Source: Bugula neritina (Eukaryota > Animalia > Bryozoa). Taken from it: DNA of 64,000 nucleotides. Under the pieces are notes generated by a model. The model had not been told where the DNA came from. It did no database searches and was given only the letters and a program-made list of their open reading frames with translations. The translations under genes and the position numbers were made by a program. Numbering within the stretch: position 1 is the first letter of the stretch; every line of letters begins with the position of its first letter. Of the stretch, positions 34,504-46,892 are shown one piece after another. The DNA lies in assembly GCA_964035545.1 (NCBI GenBank), contig OZ037768.1, positions 3,194,741-3,258,740 of the forward strand, given 5' to 3'.

Positions 34504-37275
34504 ATGGCAAACTGGAGCGTGGCATTAGCGCAGAACAGGCCACCGGTATCTAGCAGAAATAGAAAGAGGCCTCGCATTAACCTTACCCAAACACCAAACA
34601 TTCTGAGCAGTCCCAGCTTAGTGCTGGAGAAGCTGAGTGATGCAATGCCAACGGAGCCACCGTTCAAAGGATATGGCAACATCTTCAGACATCTTTGCAA
34701 GCCTGAGGAAGGTGAACACAACTGCTACAATAACGGATGCGATAGAATCACAGTTAATGTTAGTGGATTACAATTCATAACTCGACGTAGCGTCTTGGAG
34801 GCCCACCCTGAAACACTACTCGGTAAGTTAAACTTATCAGAATTCTTACTAAGATTGTTGTTTGACAAGTCTTCTTGGTTAACTGGATAAATCTTTATTT
34901 GGTGCAAAGTTTTTGATTCTCAATCATTTGAATTTTGGCATTCAGGCTTGAAGCTTGTCCACTTGAATTTATGGGCAAATAACTTCTAATGTTACAAGGG
35001 TATGCTGGGACTAGACACAAAAAGATGGCTGCCGTGCCAACAAGAACTAGAATTACTCTCTAACAGCTTTTATTTAATGAATTGTGAAAACATTTATTGT
35101 TTGATTAAATGTGGTTTTTTACAAATTCTCTTATAGTAATGCATAATAGTAGATTATAATTGTGGAATTACAAATAAACTACTAAATATAATAATATATA
35201 TATTATTATTGTCCTATTATTATTTTGTGTGTCATGTGTTATTAGCAAACAATCCTCTGCAAATTCTGCAGCAGGAGATACATTGATACATTGCCACTAG
35301 ATTTTATCACACAGTGTGATAGTTTTCATTCTACACATGTTGTGCAATGTAACATAGCAACAAAAGATAAAGCTGCTATGTGAAAACTTTATATGTAACA
35401 AAACACATTAGATATTCTCTAAGGGTCTCACTCAAGATAATATTATAGGCAATCACCAGAATAGATTCATTGCATTGAACTGCTTTACAATCACTGGAAC
35501 ATCTTCATTAATATTTCATCAATGAGAAAGTATCAGCAGATTCCATAATCTTTTATCCTGTTTACATTACATATTATAGTACTCTAGCATCTGCTTTCTA
35601 TGGTCAGTAACTTCTTATAGTACAAATTATTGTTTTTATACTTTATTAGCTTTTTCATTCAAAAAGCACTCACCATATACTTCTCAAGCCATACAGAAAA
35701 AAGCTTTGAAGAGGATAACTTAAGACACAAAACACTTGTGACATTAAAGACATGTTAGGGAGCTTCTAATCTATGCATATAATATCATAAGTAATTGTTG
35801 TGACATGAGCAGTTTAGAATATTCTGTTATAATTAAATGCTGAGGTCTATTGCAGTAGAAGATCTCATTGAAATGATGATGCAATGGGGATATGCATTCC
35901 GATTTATAGCTAGTTGATTCAAGTCCCAAATTGCTGGAAAGTGTATTCACCAGCCTAAGTATACAGTAAAGGAGGATTCGATTGTGTTTTATTATATACA
36001 ACTGCTATAACTTCTGATTATGTTTTAGGAGACCCTGATAAGAGGAAACCCTATTATGATCATTTAACGGAAGAATATTTCTTTGACCGCCACAGAGCCA
36101 CGTTTGAGTCTATATTTCACTACTACAAGTATGGCGGAAAGCTGAAGCGCCCCCCTTCAGTAACTGATGATGTATTTCTGGATGAACTGAAGTTTTTCGA
36201 AGTTGAAGAGCAAGTTGTAAAAAATTATAAGAAAGAAGAAGGTTACACAGAAACAAAGTATGAGTATCCTGAAAATGTGTACTTGGCCAAAATTTGGGCG
36301 TTATTCGAGTACCCCGAGACGTCTCGTCTTGCATTTTTTATTGGCATTATCTCAGTCATAACTACTATCGTATCTATTGTCACTTTCACATTAGAGACTT
36401 TACCGCAATATAAACCAAACTGTACAGCAATCGACAAACCTACTGCAGCTGTGACAAATCACACATTCAACAGTTCACTAGGGGTGGACAACTCTGCACT
36501 CTATGAAGATGACACAACTCCAGAACCATTTGACTATGTGAAGATCTTTTTTGCAATTGAAACAATTTGCAATATTTGGTTTACTTTCGAAGCGGTTATT
36601 AGATACATAACGTGTCCAAATAAGTTACGTTTTTGGAAAGATGTTAAAAATATCATCGATATGATAGCCATTCTTCCATATTATGTAGCCTTGATTCAAA
36701 ACATGAATCCTGCAAGCAAGTGTGGGGCAGGTAATGATTTTGCCTTTTTAAGAGTCATCAGATTAGTCCGAGTCTTCAAGCTAACGAAGCATTCGCAAGG
36801 ATTGCAAATATTATTGCTGACATTTCAATCAAGTATGGAGGGGCTGACTTTGTTTGTGCTGACGCTGATGGTGTGTATTCTAATGTTCAGCAGCATGATA
36901 TACTTCTGTGAGATTGATGAGCCGGATACGAAGATCAACAGCATACCGGGAGGATTCTGGTGGGCCGTCATAACCATGTGTACCGTTGGCTATGGAGACG
37001 TCGTACCAGTCGGGAATCTGGGTAAACTGGTAGGAGCCGTCTGCGCTCTTTCCGGGGTGCTTACACTAGCTATACCAGTTCCAATTATAACAGAAAATTT
37101 CAACAAGTTTTACGTTCACAAGCAGAGAACAAAGTCTAAGGATATGCCCAAGTCTGGACTGATGGAGAAAGCTCATGAACACATCATGAAAGTGGCCAGT
37201 TGCTGTAAAGATAAAGTTAACTGCAACAAAGAGGAAGGATCAGGACAACTCCCTCTTCAAACTCCTCCTAAATAG
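34504..37275 (+). CDS. Voltage-gated potassium channel, Shaker/Kv1-like alpha subunit; 2 coding exons
   Basis: Exons 34504-34822 and 36029-37275. The T1 domain (RITVNVSGLQF, HPETLLG|DPDKR, EYFFDRHRATFESIFHYY...GGKLKRP) is split by the intron; S1-S6 are present with WALFEYPE, pore TMCTVGYGD and S6 LAIPVPII. Confidence 0.93.
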
Positions 37276-38584
37276 TAAAAAACATTTTGAATTAAATGTA
37301 CTGCATTAAAGCACAATATATCCTTTAATGATGTAAATAATGCAAGTCAGTTAGTAGCACTCAGATACTATAAATATATTATATGCAATGTATTATATAT
37401 GGGCTATTTTATTACAAAAAAAAACATATGTGAAAATGGCTGCATATAAAGTTAAATTCTCACTGTAGTTTGTATAAATTAGGCAGTACACTATAATGGT
37501 GTATAATATGCTGCTATGTGGTAGAAATATTGGACTAGTTTCCAGAAAAGACTAATACCTTCCGAATCTTAGCAATCTGTCTCTACCTGAACAGGATTAA
37601 AACACAATTATGATGTCAAGTAACAGTTTTACTATCTACACAATTTACAACTTTGTCACCTGTGAAAATGTAGACTTACAGTTCCAACAACTTATCATCT
37701 AGGAGTTACTTCCACTTAGGAACCAGATCCAACTAGTATTAAATTGCAGTTTTACTTTTAAATAAACTTATACTAAAACTTTTTTTAATTTGCAAAAAAA
37801 AGCACGATGTGACAGCTGTTTGTGTCTAAACTTTGGTCTAGTGAGTATAGATGGGCCAGAGTGGTATAGTTAACAGTATTGGACATGTGTGCATTTGTCT
37901 TCTCTTTAGCTTTTTAATGTTTCAAGATTATCAATAGTTACTTATTTACAAATTAGTAAATTAAGGACTGCAGGGTAAACTTCATTTAAAATATAAGCCA
38001 AATGAAACAAACAGCATATATTTACTACAAACAGTATATTAAATAAGTAATATATTATAACATAAAAATACAAGTATACAGGTATATTTACAGACAATAC
38101 AAATAAATACAAAATTTTCTCTGGCTTAGCAAACGAAAACTCAGAGATGGAGTTAAAATTACAACAGCTAACAACATAAAAGTTTGATGTAAAAAGAATT
38201 ATTATAATTACATACATCTTTAAAATGCTACAGGATACTATAGCTCTCATTATAATGTACATCTAGCTTAAATAGTATATAAAATAAATTTAAAAAACAT
38301 AGCAAAACAGCTATGCTTCAAATAGTAAAATAATAATTATTATGCTCTAAAATGACATTAAACCATATGAGAAAAAATATATAATTTTCTTATCAATTAA
38401 TGTTCACAATTTGGTCCTTTTATGTATTTTACACTGCTAATTAAATCTGAACACATCATAACAATTTGCCGTTGAAGAAACCTTTTAGATATGAAGCTAA
38501 TTGGAATTTACCATTATCAACAAAGGCATTATGTAATTAATGAGAAAATAGGAAAATGACTTATTGAGATTATAACTCCAAATG

Positions 38585-41500
38585 TTATTGCAACAGGGAC
38601 ATAACTCCTAATATTAAAAACCCACTCATACTATGAGTAGAAGCTTGACTACTAAAGGATTGAGTAAGTTTCTGGGTTTTAAATGAAGCATAACTTATTA
38701 TTTCTGCTTTACATTTAATGAGTTTGGGAGTGAAATGAGTCACTTCAGTGTCGAATGCTGATTCCATGGATTTCATTTCACTCATAATCATATACTCTGA
38801 GTTAGATGAGTCAATACCAGACTTAATGAGTGTGTATTGAGAGTCCCGTATGGCAATGTTAAGAGCGTCACAACCACCTGTGTTGGTGACATCATGCATC
38901 TCACCAAGCTGCCAATTTGTGACGTGCCCACATCGGGAAGTGTCACCCATACTCAGCAGTTCCGCCATGGTCTCCGACAGAACTCCAACTGAGAGTTTGC
39001 TGAATCTGTAAATAAAACAAGGCATATGATTGGCTTTATAAAAACATTTAGGAATTCTGACTGATAAACGAATGAATTTATTTCTAACGTCATAATAACT
39101 TTATGTATGATTAAAATAGTTCTGGCAAATTATTTTTCACCAAAATAATAAAAACCGACCATCATAATATATTCTTTTCACAATGACTGCAACTTGATAA
39201 ATCAATATAAAATAAACATACATGAGTTGATAACTCCTTGTGCTCTGTAAGCGAGCGAAAGACTTTTCAGATACAAGATATCCAGTAGCTGTTAGTGTGA
39301 AAGAGGGTAGAGTACAGTAGTTATCTGTGTAGTAGGTAGTCTTGATACTATATGTACCGTCTACTTCATTGAAATCAAGCGATCGCAGAGTGAAAAGGGC
39401 TGTAAAATTATAAAGATATAAAAACAATATTTTGTTGTACACTGTAAAGGATACATGTCCAGTATGCAGCCTACATGAATTCGTGACTGTCAATTGCAAT
39501 GAGGTCTAAACAATTACTCAATGATGTTTACTAACACATGTACCCAACAACACAGCCACATCTTTTTATTCTGACCCACCCTCCATGCTAGGTAACACTA
39601 ACCCTTGCTGTGTCACATCAACCTTCAGTTATGTCACATGAGTCGCAGCATGCAGTTGTAAAAATAATTATAGAGCCCAAATATTAATGTAAATGATGAA
39701 TAATAGAGTAAAAAAGATTAAAATCTAGACAGAATAATTATATGATGGATCATTGAAATAGACTTACAATAAGGGACTGACTCGCAAGCCGCACTAGACC
39801 AGTGGCCAGTCAGGTTCACTCGTGCTGAGCCAGAGTATTGATGGCCACCATCACATTCCATTGGGGGGTTGTCTACACTTGCCTTGTCAATACAGCTGCA
39901 AGCTTCACAGTCCTTGTGCTACAATGTATCATTACACTAGCTGAAGAAGTTGTCTTCTCTAATTGAAATATAATGGCTATATAAGACTATGTGGAAACTA
40001 GTAATAAAAACACGTATAATGTATTACAGATAGTTAGTTAGTTAGTTATGACACAATTGTAAGAAAGAATCTCAAAACTCAATGGGCATGGATACCCAAT
40101 AAAATCATTTTCAAAACAGAATCTTAACAATTTAAAATCGTTTATTTTAAGCTAATTTGCTGTTATTTGCTAAGATAACAATTTGTTGAGAAAAGACTTT
40201 ATTGGCTTCTTGTATTTAAATTAACCTTCTAAGACTGCCAAAGCAAACTACTGGCTTCAGCAGCTACTTACTAATAAATGCAAAGTCAAGTTTAATCCCC
40301 AAGACTACACACTTTGACACACAAATACGTCAGCGTCAGCTATATTAAAGTGTGTTAACATGAGCAGCAATATACAAGTCTACACTCCAGTGTACACAAT
40401 ACTGTTTGTTATTGACACTAACTACACTCTAAAACTGCTTGACTTTTTTACAGCTTTGCTAAGCCAACACCGAATGTTTACGTTTGGGTGTATAATTACA
40501 AAAGTAAATTTATTGTTCATTGAAATCTTTTCACACTTGGATTTCAGCTAAGACTCTCGCAAACCAGAAGGTATGAAAGATGATGTTGCTTTGTGGTTAC
40601 TTTGCAGTTTGTACTAAAACTTAGCTTATTCCATTGTAATATTATGTTATAAGCTTTTGTAGGTTTATAATATAGACTTCTTTTAATATAATGGATATCA
40701 TCATTACATTTTATAACTCTTATTATTTTGGTCTGTTATAGAACAACCAAAAGTAAAAACTTGGTCTATATTAGAAAGAAATAAATGCCATAAAACTTTT
40801 AAATTTGTTTAACAATTTGAGATGTAGTCAAACAATCTGTTCAACTAATAATTTAGTTGCAAACATATAAGATTTTGTTGTAAATGTTTTTCTTATAATC
40901 AGAAATTTTTTTTCTATTGACAGTCAACAACAGTTTCGGGCAGACAACAGCTGTTTGGGGTTTTGTATCTATATAAAAGAGAATTCCCATGACGAACGGA
41001 TGGTCAAGCCATAAATCAAAACATTGAGTGGTGAATACCATACAGATATTTAATGAGTAATCATTGTGGGCACAAGTGTTACTGCAGAATTATTGATACG
41101 CAAGCATTTCAATTGCTTCTCTGCTCGTGAGAACAGCAATTATTTTATTCGTGTTCAATCGACTGGATGAGTAGAACCAAAAATGCATCATTAGTGAAAC
41201 AGTTACATGGCATTGTTATGAGTGGGATAATTGGCATATTTTGATGTAGTTGCTTAAGTTTCTATTATTTATTATTAAATAATTCGAGATGTGCAGGAAG
41301 CAATCACAAAAGCATGAGTTCACATTTCACATTGTGGAGGGCGTTTGCGAACGTTTCACAAATTCATGGATTGAGAAAATAAAAATAAGACAGTAAAATG
41401 ATCCAGCTGTGTGATGACTCCACTATAGCATTGCTCCACTTTACACAAATCACTACACAAATATTTATAACAAAGTAACTGTACAGCACAATTCATAATT

Positions 41501-44500
41501 TAGTAACTGTATTTGAATATTTTGCCAACATAAAAATATCCTTTTAAGCTCTAACATGATGCATTTGCTATTGACACACCATACAACTACTCATGGTAAA
41601 GATAACCATTAAACCACAAACTCAATTGAGAAACAGACTTAGGTACCTCATAAGAGTATAGTGGAAGTTGGTAAGAACTTGGTCTATCTAGCTGGCTGAA
41701 CCACACACCATTGCCAAGGAATAATTCTCGGCCGGCCAGGCTCAATTGCCTACGACTCTTTCTGTGGCGGCTCCTACGTCCTGTACCTAATGATTCGGCT
41801 GTCTTGGTGCTGTCTATCACATTGTAGGTCCCTTTTCTCTTATAATAGTTCACCTAAAATTTGTAAAGCTAGCATTTAGGAAGGGTAAATTTGACCTCTA
41901 GTGCAACTGGCACTTGAATGGTATGTTATAGAATGATTCCAGCGTTCCCTGGTGGCTGAGGTTTGATTTGACCATATTCCAAATCTGCTGATACTAACAA
42001 GTATGGGAAAGCGATTCAGATTTCTATCTTTCAGTGAAAGTTCACAGCTATTATGTGGCTATGTGGATGTTTACTGTTGAATGCATGTCTTAGCAGCAAG
42101 AATAAGCTAGGCTTACAAGAATCAAACTGATTGACAACTAACCAAAATTTGAAGATAAAAAAAGTATCAAGTAGTTTTATTTCTTAGTAATTCAATAAAA
42201 TGTATGATTTATTTGAGTATAAGATACACTGAGATATAGATTTTCTAAAGATATATCAGAGAGCAACTTGAACAATAAAAATACAAACTACTGACTATTC
42301 CACAAATGATTTCGTGATTTTTATAAAAAGACAGGAGTTACAGCGTTTCTTACTTGTCTTACGACTAGCAGCTCATTGACTGAGAACGATAAGGACTGTA
42401 GACACGTATAATCAGATGCATTGAGTTCTAGAGATGATTGATAGCTGAAGACATCTTTGACTTCACTGAACCCTTGGCATCCTTCTGCAATTATGCAACA
42501 CGTATTCTGCTTATCTCATAATGTTTACAGCAGCTCAATTCAACAGCATAAACAGAACACAGCAAACATTCCATACTTCTCTTCATGGAAAACATAATAT
42601 TTCTATCATGCACTCTGTACTTAGGTTGAATATTTTATGTTATAAACATTACATGTATGCAGACTACATCTTGTTTTGTAGGAATAGTTTGGGTATTAAA
42701 CATTAAAATATAACACTATATACCATTATGTATAGTTGCTACCACTTTGTTATTTTTATTTTGATGGATTTGCTTGCGAAAATAGTACAAAAATGCTAAA
42801 TTGTTCATTCAATTGAGCAAAAATCGTTTGGATCAAATATTAGATCAATGATTTGAATTTGCTTGTTGGGTGCTTTGCCAAAAATAGGTATTTTTATCTT
42901 TATTTTGTTTTGAAAAATATGGAAAATAGCAGAAGCAAATCCAAGAGACAATAATTACCACTAGGAGTTTAGCAGCTATTTGACATGACTCTCAGTCTAA
43001 TTAACAACAAATGGTATGAAGTGTCATTAACATTTTAGTTGGAAAATCTGTTGCAGGTGGCAGATTACTAAAAAGTGAACAGACAGGGATTTATATACCA
43101 GAACTTTTCATAATCTAATAGGCTTGTTTATGATGTACAGTGAATAGCCACAGGTGCAAATTAACGTATCATATCACCCACTGGGCATCTTCTTGTCAAA
43201 ACCTCTGTAATGGCCGCCTAGTAAACATGCTTGTGCATTTATAATATTCTGAGTTGGTGAAACAGGAGCTCTTTTGTGTCTTCTGAATGTATGAATATTT
43301 AAAAAAGATATCTGGTTCAACTTAAAACTGGTAGCCTAAAATATTATGAGGTTTGGATACTATGAAAATATTCTGTACAATAAAAACCTCGATTTTTCTA
43401 TCAGCCCCATGCTAATTGTGTAAAAGGTTCCTAACAGGCATTGTTGAAAATGATAACCACAACCAAGCTAACTTTCTAAATTAAAGTTCCTTTTCCAGCT
43501 TAAGAAATGCTTTGCCTATCTACTACTATCCAAAGTGTATTAGCAATAGATGAGTATTTCTCTATGCATATGACATACAAAATAAAATGAATATAGCTAC
43601 AAAAGCAATTTAAAATCTGAAAACCATTTAGCTAGATAACAGCATCAAGCTGGGCTGTGGAAAAAACTTAGCAGTGAATATAAAACGTTGAAACAAACTC
43701 CAAATAAAAACAACTACAGACCAAGATTTAACTTACGATGAATGAACCCGCCTAGCACGACAGCTACGTCTGCTTTGTATGGAGTGACAGTTAACTTGGT
43801 AAGCTGCACGTCTGCATCAGTTGCCTCGCTCAAGTACCATGATGGGGTTCCAGGTGAGATGGTGCCTTCTCCTTTTATGCTATAGGCTGGCTCTTTACAG
43901 AACTAAAATACCCATTGATGTTAGAAAGTGCAAATATCAATTAGTCTCAACAAGAAAACTTATTATCATATATATCAAATTGTCTCTAAGAAACTGATTT
44001 TATAAAAACACTTTGTATTGCATAAAAATTCAATTTTTATTTGTTGAGTTGCACAACTATAAAATTTAAGCATTGAGTATTTTATTGTGAGAGTTTAGTG
44101 ACAAGCTGTCCATACAAAGGTTTCAGCACTTTCACTTGGTTTATTGCATATTATGGTATGAATTGTCAGCAAAAACCTATTCTATTTTGACTATCTAGTT
44201 ATTCTAGCCATAACATGCTACATGCCAAGAGTTACAAAATAATTTTGAAAAGGAATGCAATTATAACTAAAATAATCCAATTATATTATATTTTGAGAAC
44301 AAATCCGGTTCCCATCCTAGTAGCAAGGAATGACAGGTTTGCAGGACTAATTAACTAACTAACCTCATCTGAATAGTAGTATCTGATGATGCTGAAGTCT
44401 TTGGAAGATTTAGAGAACTGATAGTGTCTCAGAACAAACTGTGGACCAGGCTGTATCTCGCAGCTGCAATATAAACAACCAGGAATAACATTAAACCTGA

Positions 44501-46892
44501 CATACAGAACTGATCTTTACAGATACATAGCCTAAGTGAATGTGGAACCAGATGGTGACTCACCTCGGGGAGTACCAGCTACCACCCAAACTTGGTGGAC
44601 GAGACAGTTCTGTATGCTTCTTCGTTGTTGATGGGCTGCATTGAGTCTGGGATTCAGCTTGACTGAATGCACCTGTAACACCAACACTTTCACTTTTAGT
44701 AAAGAAATATACAGCTATATTTTTTACTCTCATATTATGTTTAGATTGTTTGATGGATGTATACCAAGATTGGCTTACAAAGTCGCAATTATTTTTTACT
44801 TTAGTATTTGTTGCACTACCGCAGACACCAGTTCTACCGCATTGCCTCTAGCTTGCGTCACGGCATGAAAAAAATGAGATAATTGGTTCAAACATGTCTA
44901 CTGAGCATAACTCAGACGTGTATCCAGAGTTGAGGGGGCCATTTCCGTGGTGGCGCAGACATGAAACTAACAAAAAGCATTGTTAGTTGCACGTTTAAGA
45001 AACCAAATACGTGTAGGCATGTAATTATTGATACATCCCCAAGGCCTTGTTAAGGTATTGCAGCATTTGCAATTAAAGAGTTTAATATTTAATTGTTGTC
45101 ATCAATTAATTTGTTACGTAAAAAATGCCAAGGCAGTGTACTTAAGTGCATCTGAGTCTTAAATGTGACGATAGCTGAAACATTTCTACATGCGTCATAA
45201 ATTAATAATTAAATCATCTGAAGACTCTCCAAAAAGGTTTTTGTGAAAATGAATAAAATACTTGGAGCATCATTAGTTTATGCATGTACAGTTGCCGTTG
45301 AAATGACATGCGTCCAGAAGCCCTAAATATTAGCTCTCCTATTTCACTGAATTTTCTTTAAGCACAACTTTCAAAATGCAAAGCTTAAAATGTTGAATAT
45401 TTGGAACTAAACAAAGACACCAAAACTGTTTAATAGACTTTAACAAAGTAAGTACAGCTTTGAAGTAAAGTCTGTGGTTCTCATTTTGATTAAGAAATAG
45501 TATTATACTTTGTTTATTAGGAAGAAAACCGAAGTGTTTATTGTTTATTTTAGTGTATTATTATTTATGCATGTGCATTATTGACACCCTCGAGAGATGT
45601 TGAAGCTTTTAGTTCCAAAATAGCTAAATATTTACAAGTTCTATCTGAAAAGAAGTAATTAGTGTCATTTAGATCTGTTTTTCTGTCAAATTTGACAGAA
45701 CCTTTAAAATGATTATGCATTTTTTGCAAATTCACAATTTTTGCTGCTGGTGGTGAAAATTATTGCAAACAAAAGAGTGAAATTAGCAGACTTTGCAGCT
45801 TTGAGGTTGTGGACACTCATTACCATAGTTCCCATCATTTACTGGCTGCTTAGGGGTTACATGGGAACCCTCCCCCTCACTGGTTGGATATTATAAACAA
45901 AGGCATCCAAGAATTCCCACCATGAAATGAAAGCTAAGTTGCATTTTGGTAAGGCCAAGTTTTTGAAAACCTTTGTCAAGGGTTTTAGCTATTGCATAGT
46001 CAAGTAGGTAATATAAGCCCCGACGAATCACGCTGTAATGTAATTTAAGTGTCAGCCACCCCTAGGAGTTAAGAGTATAGTTTTGTGACATCATGAAATA
46101 CTTGAAGAATAACTTTGTTTTACAACATGTATAGTTGATGTACGTCATGCAGTTTAAAGCATATATTAGTGTGACTATGCATATTAGAGTTGGGAAGATA
46201 TAGCTCTTGAAACTAGAGTTTAAATGCGTTAGCTACCAGTTTTTACACTATAATAATATTACAACTTGAATTTTAAAAGAATTAAAACTTAGACTTGGTA
46301 CCTAAGCGCATTAGCATATTCGGTTGGGGTTTGGCATTTGGTTGAAGTATGGTGACAATATTCATGGTTTACAATAATAATCTAATAATTTAGATTTTAG
46401 ATGAATGCAGAGTACACAGTCTTGTGGAGTTCTAAAGCTATTCTAGAAACTTCTTATAGACTACTCCTAAAGAATTCTAGCGCTGCTTTACACATTTCTC
46501 TCTGATATATTTCAGAAGTAACTGCATTTCAACGATGGTGTATTATATGCAGGACCACTGCATGCAGTGAAAGGTGACCATATTATATGTCAAGTAGAGA
46601 AGTCTAGAACTTGATGATATATAATACCAAAATACACAAAAACATTAGAAAAGTGAAAAATTATTTGAAAACTGACAAAAGCTGAATATTTCTTATCAGC
46701 CAATGATTTAAAAGATTCCCACCAAAAAGTAAAGCAAATCACATCAAGCCTACCTATTGTTTGACATGTGCAATGTAACACTAACTCAGCTAAATTCAAC
46801 AGGAAGAGTATACTAAATGAGTATTATAGGAATAACTCACCACAGCAGACCAGGTTTAAGTAGATTAGCATATGCAAACTAAGAAGACCCAT
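38585..46892 (-). CDS. APCDD1: APCDD1-like protein (two APCDDC domains, signal peptide); 9 coding exons
   Basis: Exons 46892-46841, 44672-44564, 44463-44364, 43902-43737, 42484-42354, 41853-41647, 39918-39768, 39399-39222, 39005-38585 with consistent phases. Motifs PPSLGGSWYSPSCEIQPGPQFVLRHYQF, YYYSDEFCKEPAY, PSW, ELFLG...RPSSYQLPL, CEAC, LTGHWSSAACE, YYTDNYCTLPSFTL and WQLGEMHDVTNTGGC. Confidence 0.85.
45681..45700. repeat. Perfect 20-bp palindrome TTCTGTCAAATTTGACAGAA
   Basis: Direct inspection; lies in APCDD1-like intron 1. Confidence 0.8.

Noticed and set aside
43170-43335. Extra APCDD1-like exon
   Set aside because: Candidate acceptors lead to stops or weak donors, and exons 43902-43737 and 42484-42354 join in phase and match the family without it
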